NCBI GenBank assembly: GCA_018985225.1
Contig: JADGIF010000326.1
Span: forward strand, 1-10,919
Direction of reading: 5' to 3'
DNA: 10,919 bases
DNA from: Amoeboradix gromovi X-113
Lineage: Eukaryota; Fungi; Sanchytriomycota
A model generated the notes under the pieces. That model saw only the letters and a program-made list of their open reading frames with translations. It searched no databases and was not told the origin of the DNA. Position 1 is the stretch's first letter, and the number at the start of each line of letters is the position of its first letter. A program made the position numbers and the translations under genes. Shown here one piece after another: positions 1-8,690 of this stretch.

Positions 1-243
1 CTGTTAGTTATTTCTTTAGAATTGATTTACCATTTGCGAAAAAGAAGAACATCAAGTATTTAAGCTATTAGAAAAATCTGGAAAAGTCTTGAAATTATAC
101 AAAAATGCATACAAATTCGCGATAAATGATTTATTCAAGAAACAATCGAGCTATATTCGTAAGGAATACAACTAAATAAGAAACAGTCAAGAACCATAAT
201 ATATTGACGACTTTTTTAAATCAACAAATTGAATCTCAATGAA
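1..243 (+). pseudogene. Decayed fragment of an unidentified multicopy gene (copy A; paralog at ~8989-9181)
   Basis: 26-158 reads FTICEKEEHQVFKLLEKSGKVLKLYKNAYKFAINDLFKKQSSYI and is preceded by in-frame TGA (23-25). It aligns with 9054-9181 with several synonymous changes. Both copies carry a TTATTTCTTTAG acceptor-like motif upstream. A possible 22-nt intron at 159-180 (GTAAGG...CTAAATAAG) would extend the frame to TGA near 240-242. Confidence 0.45.
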
Positions 244-817
244 GATGAGGAATTCTATCCAGTTCAAATGTAGGCTGTTTGAGTCTTGAAGAAGCGGGAC
301 ATGTTCTATGAAAAGTAGACTGGGGATGATATAAGGAATGACAAAAAGAAAAGAGACAAAGCACAAGATTGTGTTTCTGGTGTGCAGAAGCTTGTGTTAC
401 AAGAGGCACTGGCTATAAATATGTAATATGCTTATAGATGAGAAGGAAACAAGATACGACAGAAAGTGATCTATTACGCTGAAGCCACGTATAAGCAGTA
501 TTATGAACAAGACGCTAGTGCACGCTCCGTAGAAAAAAATCGATGTTGCTTGCTCTTGATTTCAGCATAAAACTTCTTTGGCTGCCATGGGAACCGTTGC
601 ATGAGTGCATTCGGCAATATTGCAGAAGTCCAAGGATAAGCCGCTGTGATGAAGCTGTGAATTGAGATGCAGTGTGCGCCTTGACATTATTCACGACATA
701 AGCAATCTGTGGGCAATTGTGTGGTGTTATATTTAAGATCTTTGCTTGCTAAGTGTGTCTAGTTTTTGTAGAATGCGTTGCATGTGCTTTTCTTGTTTTA
801 GAATAAAAAGTGATTTA

Positions 818-1237
818 TTATACGACTCGAGGATCCGTTTCAATAACAGGTAGCTTGCTTTTCTTAATTTTATATGTCTTTCCACTCTGTGCGTTGAGAA
901 GATTAAACATCTGCTTTTGAATATCAGAATGTGCAAAATTTTTCACGCATACCTGCTTTACATCACCATTTGCATAGCGTCCTATCAATAGCGGATGTTT
1001 GCAAGGTCTAGGATTGAGTTTAAAATGCGCGAATGGGTATTCCATTGCAATAGTTTTTAAATTGATCTTTAAAAAATCTTTAAGAGTGGCCGATGACCCA
1101 CCGTGCTCGCAGTACCTTATTTCTAAGACTTGTATTTGAGGAATAAAAGTTCCTAATCCTACATGTGTTTTTGCCTTTGAAGGAGCTCTGTACAGTTGTG
1201 TTTGCTTTAAGACATCAAACGGAAACTTTTTGTTCAT
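818..1237 (-). CDS. MRPL51: Mitochondrial large-subunit ribosomal protein mL43 (yeast Mrpl51 / metazoan MRPL43 family)
   Basis: Motifs GLGTFIPQIQVLEIRYCEHGGSS, HPLLIGRYANG and VCVKN match the mL43 pattern (G-x-G-x-F...C-x-x-GGSS...HP-x-L-x-x-x-Y-x-NG...CV-R/K-N). First ATG is at 1237; the track start at 1258 is TTG. Stop TAA at 818-820. Confidence 0.85.
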   Translation of the reverse strand: MNKKFPFDVLKQTQLYRAPSKAKTHVGLGTFIPQIQVLEIRYCEHGGSSATLKDFLKINLKTIAMEYPFAHFKLNPRPCKHPLLIGRYANGDVKQVCVKNFAHSDIQKQMFNLLNAQSGKTYKIKKSKLPVIETDPRVV

Positions 1238-1354
1238 TGTTACACCCCGATATTGCAAAACTCAAGAAACTAGATGAGATACTTGTACTGAAGATCAAAT
1301 TTACTTAGTTTAAAGCAATACCTCTATCTATTAATATGCTGTAATCATTCACAT

Positions 1355-2083
1355 CTATCCTGCGGGTGCTGCGGGAAATCCAGGCATTTGGTTATTATAT
1401 ATTTGCGTGTTACAAGCTGGACATGGAGCTGGGTTCATTTGAGTTCCTGGCGTAAATTGCGGTATGTTCGGACTGCTTTGGATGTTTAATGAGCTCATAG
1501 GATCGGTTGCTGCCCCAGTAATTGCTGGTGCTTGATCAACTGGCGCCCCATTCCATATAGGAACTGTTGGGACTATCGCATTCATTGGTGCTGGTGCTAC
1601 ATCACTTACAGAGGGTGATAGTCCAACGGTGGGAGGTGCACTGATTTTACAGCACTGGAAACTTAGAAGGCGTCCACTACTGGTTGATATGGAATTAACA
1701 GCAGTGCCGATGGGACAAGATACCATCTGGTTGTCTTTACTCAAAGACCACATTATGCACTCGTTATACAGTACTTGGGGCACAATATTAGAATTATCAT
1801 TTCTCTCAAGTCTTGAACATGTTATTCTAAAACTTCCAGTATTTATAGTTTCTACACTTGTTACAAGCGTGTCTTTACTGCAGGTGAGTACACTAGTTGA
1901 ATGTTCGTGCGATGTAGTATATCCAGATAGAGACACTCTTAGTCCTGGTATCTTGGAATTGGTGCAAGCAAGCTTAAATCCTCTGCATTTGTTATCACAC
2001 TGCATACCAGTGAGGACTCTTGGGCTATCTTGAGGACAATTGATTTTGATTGATTCGGCGAAAAAGACTCCAGTCAGAATCAT
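1355..2083 (-). CDS. Putative secreted/surface Cys-rich protein with three internal repeats and a Pro/Ala/Ser-rich tail
   Basis: 242-aa ATG-to-TAG ORF with a short hydrophobic N-terminus (MILTGVFFA). Three similar units: NCPQDSPRVLTGM..FKLAC, TCSKDTLVTSV..FRITC, SCPIGTAVNSI..FQCC. Low-complexity P/A/S/Q C-terminal part. Confidence 0.65.
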   Translation of the reverse strand: MILTGVFFAESIKINCPQDSPRVLTGMQCDNKCRGFKLACTNSKIPGLRVSLSGYTTSHEHSTSVLTCSKDTLVTSVETINTGSFRITCSRLERNDNSNIVPQVLYNECIMWSLSKDNQMVSCPIGTAVNSISTSSGRLLSFQCCKISAPPTVGLSPSVSDVAPAPMNAIVPTVPIWNGAPVDQAPAITGAATDPMSSLNIQSSPNIPQFTPGTQMNPAPCPACNTQIYNNQMPGFPAAPAG

Positions 2084-2467
2084 ACAGAAAATCTTGTTGA
2101 GCTACTTGAATTTGAATCAGGTTACACATGTGGAACAGACGAATTCACTAACTTGTTACTCAAAAACACAATAGACTTTGCAATACGCTCTATGAATTTG
2201 GAGAAAACTAATGAAACTTTTCAACTTGAGAAATTTAATAAATTTTCAAAAGTGAGAGCCATTCATGGTCATCTTTCTTTAATTTGAACATAGAGATGTA
2301 AATGTTTATGCAAAAAACTGCAAATTAATAGCAGAGTACTCTTGATAATAGACCTAATTTTTCACTACTTCAAATATTTGTTTGACCTAATCGTAAGATA
2401 AAAAATTTGCGAACAAATTCACGATTGTTTATGAATTGTGGAGTGTGTCCCAAAACAAAAAGGGTAA

Positions 2468-2839
2468 ATGAACAGAAAGAAGAAAAATATTAAAACAGTG
2501 GGTTATATCCAAAAGAGAGACCCTGAGAACTACGACAAGGCACCAATAGATGATCAGCATATACCTAGAAAATTAAGAGAAATGTTGGAAATGGATAAAG
2601 AACCATTAAACTGCGTTAAAAAGCACAAAATAAGTTACAAACAAGACTGGCACGAATCCAGCTATGCCAACAAAACCAGGTCATTAACGCAAAAGAAAAA
2701 GGAAAAAAGGAAAGCTTATTTTGATAAAAAGAAGATGAAAAAGACTAAAAGGAGAATCGAAGAAGATGATGGATATCGCAAGGAAATATTCCAATTTGGT
2801 GACACCGTTCATGCTCCCCCAAATCTTCCTAAATTTTAA
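2468..2839 (+). CDS. CCDC137-like small basic nucleolar coiled-coil protein
   Basis: Lys-rich 123-aa ORF with DQHIPRKLREM and C-terminal IFQFGDTVHAPPNL, resembling the IPxKLRE and FGE/DxVxxPPxL motifs of the CCDC137 family. Confidence 0.6.
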   Translation: MNRKKKNIKTVGYIQKRDPENYDKAPIDDQHIPRKLREMLEMDKEPLNCVKKHKISYKQDWHESSYANKTRSLTQKKKEKRKAYFDKKKMKKTKRRIEEDDGYRKEIFQFGDTVHAPPNLPKF

Positions 2840-2897
2840 TAAACCCAATTTTAATATATTTTTCTGCCTTAATTTATTTTTCAAAGGGGGTATTCCC

Positions 2898-5836
2898 ATG
2901 CAACAGCAACCCAATTTGACTCTGGGTAGAACTAAATCTAAATTCAATCGTGGGGGTAATGCGCGATTAAGACCTATGACTGAGAATCCTCAACAGTCCA
3001 AGCTTGTCGGTCAATCTGAAGAAGACCATGAGAAATCGTTTTTCGCTAAATTAGCTCGTCAATGTACTTGTAGTTTCTGCTGTACTGACAAATGCCTTGT
3101 TGGCGCCATTGACAAAGATACAAAGGAAGTTAAGAAGGTTCAAGACTGGCGTGAGAAGGTAACCATTTGCATCATTTTTGGCTCTATCATGGCATTTGTT
3201 GCATTTTTTACTGTCGGTTTACAAGAAGTGCTGTGTCCTGCTGACTCCAGTAATTTGAACTCTCTACCGGCTGCGAAATTAAGTAACTATAGGTCTGTCT
3301 TTGGTTATGGGTTTTTAGTTAGTCAAAATCAAGATCTCTTTAGTCAGATTGATGGGGGCTCGTCACCTGATGACATCTCTCGTTCTCAATTTTTTAGCCA
3401 TCAATCTCTTGTTGATGCCATTGTTCCAAATGCCTGTGACGGACTATCCTCTGCATCTGCTAGTTTTAATAATAAGTGTGATAAACAATGTTTTGGCTTT
3501 AATTCTTTGAAACCTGTGGGTGCTGCTAAATCAAACAGTCTGCCTGAATCTACTACTGCCTACAATTCTATAGCTGGAAACGGAAAACCTCAATTTGTGC
3601 TGAACGGTAATTTGGTTGATTTTACCGAGTACCTTAAAGGTGATACTGATGCTAATGATCCTGTAGATGCTGCAATAAAAAAATACACTAGCGGTGCCAA
3701 ACAAGGACTAGATGCTACTTTAGAGTTTGACTCTAATCCTGCATTGGCAGCGTACACTCGATGCTTGTCAGTTCGATTTCGAGTTCAGGCCATTCAAAAA
3801 GAGGGTCCCGGTTGTTTTATAGCTCAACTGATTAACATTGTTGCTTTAATTAGTATTCTTGGTATTATATTCTCTAGATTCTTTATGGCCATATATTTCA
3901 GTTGTTTTATGGAACCTCGCCTAATTGCAAAGAACGACACAACTACACCACCTATTGTTGTTCTTGTGACCTGCTACAACGAAGAAACTGAAGGACTCAA
4001 GGGGACCTTTGAATCGCTTGCAAATACCACGTATGACCCGAGTAGGAAATTGCTCTTTGTTGTTGTTGATGGTATCAATATAAAAGGAAAGTCAGCTCCT
4101 GCCCCTACATCTCAACTGTGTATTGACTTGATCAAAGTAGATGAAAAGTTTAAAGACCCATTGCCAATGGACTACTTTAGTATCGAGAGCGGTGAGAAAC
4201 AGCACAATAGGGCTCAGATTTACATTGGTCATTACCATAGCGATCAGGGTAGCGTAATGCCTGTAGTTGTTTGTGTCAAGTGCGGTACCGAAAAAGAAGC
4301 CTGGGAGATTCAAAAAGATAACACTAAGAAACCCAATGCAAGAGCTGGTAACCGCGGTAAAAGAGATAGCCAAATTATTCTGATGAAGTTTTGGAGCCAC
4401 TGCTTCTATGACGACAGAATGCCACCACTGGAAATTGACATGTACAATAAGATTCATTATCTAACTGGTATATTCGCAGAGGAGTTTGAGTACAATTTGA
4501 TGGTTGATGCTGATACTGTAGTTGAGAGTGATTCACTTGATAAACTAATTGGTGCCATGAAGAATGATGCACTAATAATGGGAATGTGTGGGGAAACTAG
4601 GATTGTAAATAAATCCGCGTCCTGGGTCACCAAGATCCAGGTGTTTGAGTACTACATCTCTCACCATATGGCAAAGTCGTTCGAGTCAGCATTTGGTGGT
4701 GTGACCTGTTTACCTGGCTGCTTCTGTCTGTATCGTATCAAAGCTCCAAAAATAAACGGCGATAAACTATCGTGGATCCCTATTCTAGCTCATCGCGATA
4801 TTAGTGAGCAGTATAGTAAAACAGATGTTCATACTTTGCATGAAAGAAATTTACTACTCCTAGGTGAAGATAGATTTTTGACAACTTTGATGTTGCGCAA
4901 CTTTCCAAAGAGAAGACAGATATTTGTGCCTAGCGCTAGGTGTTATACTGAGGCACCAACTACCTTCAATGTACTTATTGATCAACGCCGAAGATGGATT
5001 AACTCAACTCTTCATAACTTATTCGAACTTATCTTTGTTAATCAACTATGTGGTGTTATGTGTTGCAGTATGCAATTTGTAGTAGCATTAGAAGTTTTTG
5101 GTACAATCTCGTTACCTATGGCTATTATATTGACATATGTACTGATTATTAAATACATTGTCGAGATATTCACAAAACCACCTCAGCCCATCACTTACTA
5201 TTACCCTCTGATTATGTTTCTGATCGTCTTGTTTTTACCTGGAGTTTTAGTAATGATTACTCGCAGAGAAGTTGAGTATCTATTTTGGATGATGTATTAT
5301 CTGACCATTGGATTGCCGATATGGAATTTTGTATTGCCTTTGTATGCTTATGTAATCATAAACTAACTTAGTGGAAGATGGACGAATTTAGTTGGGGTAA
5401 AACTAGAGTTGTGGAAGGCAGCCAAGGAGAACACGGTGCAGCTAGTGTGATCAAATTTGATCCTAGAAGTATAACATGCAAGAGAATTAGGGACTGGAAC
5501 GAGAATGGGTACTACGATGAGTTTGTGAACAAAAGAAGAGGCATGGGAGGAAGTAGTGTAAGTACAACTCTGGAGCAGCCATATGATCAACACTATGATG
5601 AATATCAGCAGCAGTATCCTCAGTATCCCCAATATCCACCCCAACAGCAATATGCGCCATACCAGCAGCAATATTACGATGAAAGTTCAGGGAGTGGTGT
5701 ATATCCTCCACAACAGTATCCACAGCAGCCATATCAAGGTTATGAAGATTATAGACAAACAAGCCCAACCCAAGCACAAATGCCGAATCCACAGTTCTAC
5801 GATTTAAACAACAACAAGAGAAATGCAAGAAAGTAG
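2898..5836 (+). CDS. CHS3: Chitin synthase, division 2, class IV (Chs3)-like; join(2898..5351,5372..5836), 972 aa
   Basis: GT2 chitin synthase motifs WREKV, VTCYNE, VVDG, GNRGKRDSQ, MVDADT, QVFEYYISHH, VTCLPGCF, LGEDRFLTTL and QRRRWINST. Removing 5352-5371 restores LPLYAYWKMDEFSWGKTR. No myosin motor domain. ATG 2898 is preferred because the track start (2766) overlaps the upstream gene. Confidence 0.93.
5352..5371 (+). other. 20-nt spliceosomal intron in chitin synthase
   Basis: GTAATCATAAACTAACTTAG: GT donor, CTAAC branch point, TAG acceptor. It contains the in-frame stop, and its excision joins two ORFs across a conserved motif. Confidence 0.9.
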
Positions 5837-6049
5837 TAGCAATAAATGTCATTTATCAAATAGCTATAAGCAATTGTCAGATTACTGATGGGACACCATC
5901 TATAATAGCGAGGGTAACTCAAAATTTCTTGAAATTGCAAGATGATAGTTTTCTGAATGTCTGAAATAAGATCTACCTAAAAATCCAAGTTTCAAGTTTG
6001 TGTGACCATTATTGTGTGCCGTCTTTAAGATAGTATTGCCATCCTAATG

Positions 6050-7071
6050 TAATAACTAGATTACACAACTAGCCAAGTGACTTGTATTTTCTTTCTTTAT
6101 TAAACGTCAATTTGTTTCGAATACACAACGAGAAACACCATCGTCAGATGAATTCTATTTATCGAGAAGATCAAGGTAGAAACGCAAGTAATAATGTAGC
6201 AACCTTGTTATTAGATTTCATCTATTGTTTACCAAAAGCACAACGAATGAATTTGATATTACATGCAGACAATTGTGTTTGACAAAACAATAATAATACT
6301 GTTATTAAACTACTCAGTTGGATGTGTCTATTGGGAAAGTGTAATACCACTGAGTTTAAGTTTATGATGAAAGGACATACGAAGTTCAGTCCATACGGTT
6401 GCTTTGGTCATATCAAAAGAAATTTGCAAGAGAAAATGTATTTAATTTGGATCAAGTCAAATCAGTTATTAAAACGTCTTCTGTGACAAACAGTGGGGAC
6501 ATCAAATATAAAAACTAGACTAACTTTCTGAAATAGTTTGAATCATTATTTCAAGTGTGTATTAACCGATAGTGAATTAAATTAATCAGGTTGGTTACGC
6601 CTTTTACTTAGACACTAAAAGACCTTCACTATTTGAAAGAGAGGAATGACATTAATGAAAGAAGAAGGGCTTTTATTAATAATAGTATTTCCTCCTCATG
6701 GAGCACCTCCTTTGAAGACGACTTGGTCTAGTTTTTATGTTTGGTGTTCCAAATGCAAGACATATCCAAGTAATCGCTTCAAGGACTTTTGATCAAAATT
6801 AAATCTTGTCTTTACGGATGTTTCTGGTATCGCAAAGTACTACGTGTTTGCGTTCAAGGCTGAATGTCCTGGTGTCGTTTTTTGCAAGAAATTGATGATC
6901 CCCGTATTTGTGGAATTTAATACGCTCGTTGAAGATGATCTAAATCAAAACGACTACTTGTTTGTACCAGAGGCATTACTCCCAACTGTACTGACTGAAA
7001 GAAAGAAACGTGACATCAGCTGTGCATTACGATATATTCCAGAAGAATTCCATACGTTTTATGGCGATTGA
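6050..7071 (+). pseudogene. Decayed Sola1-like (DNC-x-GQNKN type) DDD transposase, interrupted by a MITE
   Basis: Reads *PSDLYFLSLLNVNLF...LILHADNCV*QNNNNTV...FMMKGHTKFSPYGCFGHIKR and resumes after the insertion with FKDF*SKL..VSGIAKYYVFAFKAECPGVVFCK...RKKRDISCALRYIPEEFHTFY. Lesions: TAG 6070-6072, TGA 6280-6282 (likely from GGA), TAC at 6394-6396 in place of the expected catalytic Asp, a frameshift near 6420 and TGA 6790-6792. Confidence 0.75.
6496..6750. mobile_element. 255-bp non-autonomous TIR element (MITE) inserted in the transposase relic
   Basis: 6496-6525 GGGACATCAAATATAAAAACTAGACTAACT versus reverse complement of 6721-6750 GGAACACCAAACATAAAAACTAGACCAAGT (25/30). Transposase-like coding stops at the left end and resumes after the right end. 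Confidence 0.8.
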
Positions 7072-7539
7072 TATTGAACATTCTTTATTTTCTTCAACTT
7101 ACATTATGTCTAATTTCCTCATTAAATTACATATATTATTATTCAATACAATCTTGAATATATCTTGCATTGATAAATATATTTTCTTGATAAAAAATAT
7201 AAATTTAGGATATCAGCGTCAAACAATTCCTCTACAGGTTATCCGTGGTGTTAAATAAGATACTACCACATTGTTAGAAATAGAATTATCAAATGATAAA
7301 TGTGCAAGTGATGAATTTATTAATTGGATTCTAAAGTTGTTCCTAGTTTGGTTCAGTATAGTTGTCTAGTTTACATTCAGTTTTCAGTAAAAACATCAAA
7401 TCAAATTTATTCGAAATGAATTGTGGATAGTTACTCCATTTTTTATATTTGGTGTCCCAGATATTGAAATTAAATTTAAAAGTCGGAATTGCTCCGTAAA
7501 CCCAAATGTGAATTTCTTAAATAAATCATAGTTCTCTTC

Positions 7540-7837
7540 AATTTTATTGGCGTATTTTATAAAGCATTTAGTGATACGAATAAGACCATTTAAAAGATTT
7601 TAGCGACCTGTCCTTGGAACGCAACTGTTGATGAAGAATGAAAAGCTATCCAATTTCGTTAGAGTTGCCACAATCCAAAAAGAAGATTCAAGGAAGATGG
7701 TTCAAATGTAATGCGTGTGGTCACGAAGATCCTAGAGATATTAATCCAGGTATTGTTTTATTAATGTAGGGAAAAATATGCTTAAATGGCACTTACCCAA
7801 GTTGTCTACAGTGAAGGAGTGTGGGATCTCGAAGTAA
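7540..7837 (+). pseudogene. TnpB/Fanzor C-terminal remnant A (zinc finger + RuvC-III), intron-containing, degenerate
   Basis: 7680-7749 joined to 7770-7837 reads KKIQGRWFKCNACGHEDPRDINPGKNMLKWHLPKLSTVKECGISK*, matching F-x-C-x-x-CG-x-x-x-x-RD-x-N-x-x-x-N. An upstream shifted frame gives ATVDEE*...*SCHNPK, resembling a decayed VDE-x-x-TS..C-x-x-C. The 5' boundary is approximate. Confidence 0.7.
7750..7769 (+). other. 20-nt spliceosomal intron in Fanzor remnant A
   Basis: GTATTGTTTTATTAATGTAG has the same length and branch-point position (TTAAT + GTAG) as the chitin synthase intron. Excision restores RDINPGKNML. Confidence 0.7.
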
Positions 7838-7873
7838 TTTGAGAGCTTCACATTTAACGTAGGCGAATCCAGG
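7800..7873 (+). ncRNA. Candidate omegaRNA scaffold of Fanzor remnant A
   Basis: Hairpin 7819-7853 GTGTGGG-A-TCTCGAA-GTAA-TTTGAGA-GC-TTCACAT with G-U pairs and a GNRA loop on the sense strand, overlapping the ORF end. Alternative GTGAAG/CTTCAC and CTAC/GTAG pairings are possible. Position matches that of TnpB/Fanzor omegaRNAs. Confidence 0.45.
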
Positions 7874-7892
7874 AGATTTCAAATTTTTTTTC

Positions 7893-8330
7893 ATGCTGTG
7901 GATACTTTTTCTTTACAACATATACACTGCCGCAATGAGCACAGTAAACGGATTACTCAAAGATTACGTTAATTGTGCAATATTCTGTATGTTAACAGTA
8001 TTGGGAATAGCTAGTCAATTTAGCTATTACAATCTATCAAAAGCGTTTCTAGTTTTCTATATAGGAAGTACAGCAGCTGGCCTATGTATGAGCGGACTTC
8101 ACCTGACTAGTTTGAACGATGCAACACAGAGTCATTACAGATTTGTGGTTGAAAAAAAACTAATTGGATATGAAGACCAGATTGTTAAGGATTATATTTG
8201 GTGGGGATTATTAGGCGGATCAATAGGAGCAATGACTGCTAGTACTATCACTTCGATATTATTGAGTTGTTATATAGTAAGACATTCTAAAAAAGTCAAA
8301 AAGATACGGGATAAACAATACAGAAATTAA
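7893..8330 (+). CDS. Small multi-pass membrane protein of unknown function
   Basis: 145-aa ATG-to-TAA ORF with a hydrophobic N-terminus, three further hydrophobic segments and a basic C-terminal tail (RHSKKVKKIRDKQYRN). Confidence 0.6.
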   Translation: MLWILFLYNIYTAAMSTVNGLLKDYVNCAIFCMLTVLGIASQFSYYNLSKAFLVFYIGSTAAGLCMSGLHLTSLNDATQSHYRFVVEKKLIGYEDQIVKDYIWWGLLGGSIGAMTASTITSILLSCYIVRHSKKVKKIRDKQYRN

Positions 8331-8572
8331 AAATCTGACTCGATCTTATAAAAGCAAAGCTGGTAAAGTAGAAATATCCCCTATTTCTTACTTTTGGTTC
8401 AGGTGAACGGGTTGATGCCAGTATCACTTTCATACTCTGCTCATTAATGAGCATTGTATTGCTACAAAGCCGTAGAGAATCTGTTGTTTACCCTGTTCTG
8501 CCTATAACTGCCACATCCAAAGTAAGAAACTTTCCTAAATCCTAATCTCTTACTCTTTTCCTCGTTAAAAGT

Positions 8573-8690
8573 CCTGATTTCCGAGAAAATCGAGAATTTA
8601 CGCGGAGAAAGTAGCAATGCCAAATGCTCTGTTACAGTGAGTGCTCAAGCCTTCAGTACCCTGAGGCTGGATTGAATAGGGATGCAGATA
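8573..8690 (-). ncRNA. Candidate omegaRNA scaffold / element right end of Fanzor remnant B
   Basis: Minus-strand hairpins AGCCT-CAG-GGTA-CTG-A-AGGCT (8668-8648), AGCA-TTTGGCAT-TGCT and terminal GATTTT-CTCG-GAAATC (8591-8576). They overlap the non-conserved protein tail and run past the stop. Confidence 0.5.

Larger units (their letters stand above)
5890..7458. mobile_element. Candidate outer TIR element (GGGACACC-type 30-bp TIRs) enclosing the transposase relic
   Basis: Left 5890-5919 GGGACACCATCTATAATAGCGAGGGTAACT versus reverse complement of 7429-7458 GGGACACCAAATATAAAAAATGGAGTAACT (22/30 identical). Flanks are tgat / agat. Pairing these two ends as one element is an inference. Confidence 0.5.

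Noticed and set aside
423-437. 15-nt GTAATATGCTTATAG as a further micro-intron
   Set aside because: The flanking frames contain stops and no recognisable protein, so it cannot be supported.
2766-2897. N-terminal extension of chitin synthase in the ORF track
   Set aside because: It overlaps the CCDC137-like gene end and an AT-rich spacer; ATG 2898 is a more plausible start.
5570-5760. CRISPR-like or tandem repeat array
   Set aside because: The repetition comes from Gln/Tyr/Pro codons in a coding tail; there is no regular repeat-spacer structure anywhere in the window.
5378-5836. Separate 152-aa gene
   Set aside because: It is exon 2 of chitin synthase (DEFSWGKTR motif), joined via the 20-nt intron.
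733-5852. Shadow ORFs 733-936, 1629-2033, 2684-2947, 4092-4457, 4375-4572, 5363-5671, 5487-5852 and 5583-5807
   Set aside because: They are antisense or alternate-frame overlaps of better-supported genes and have no recognisable motifs.
6070-6792. Stop-codon reassignment as an explanation for in-frame stops in the transposase
   Set aside because: Intact genes end normally at TAA/TAG and use TGG for Trp; the relic also has frameshifts and a lost catalytic Asp, consistent with decay.
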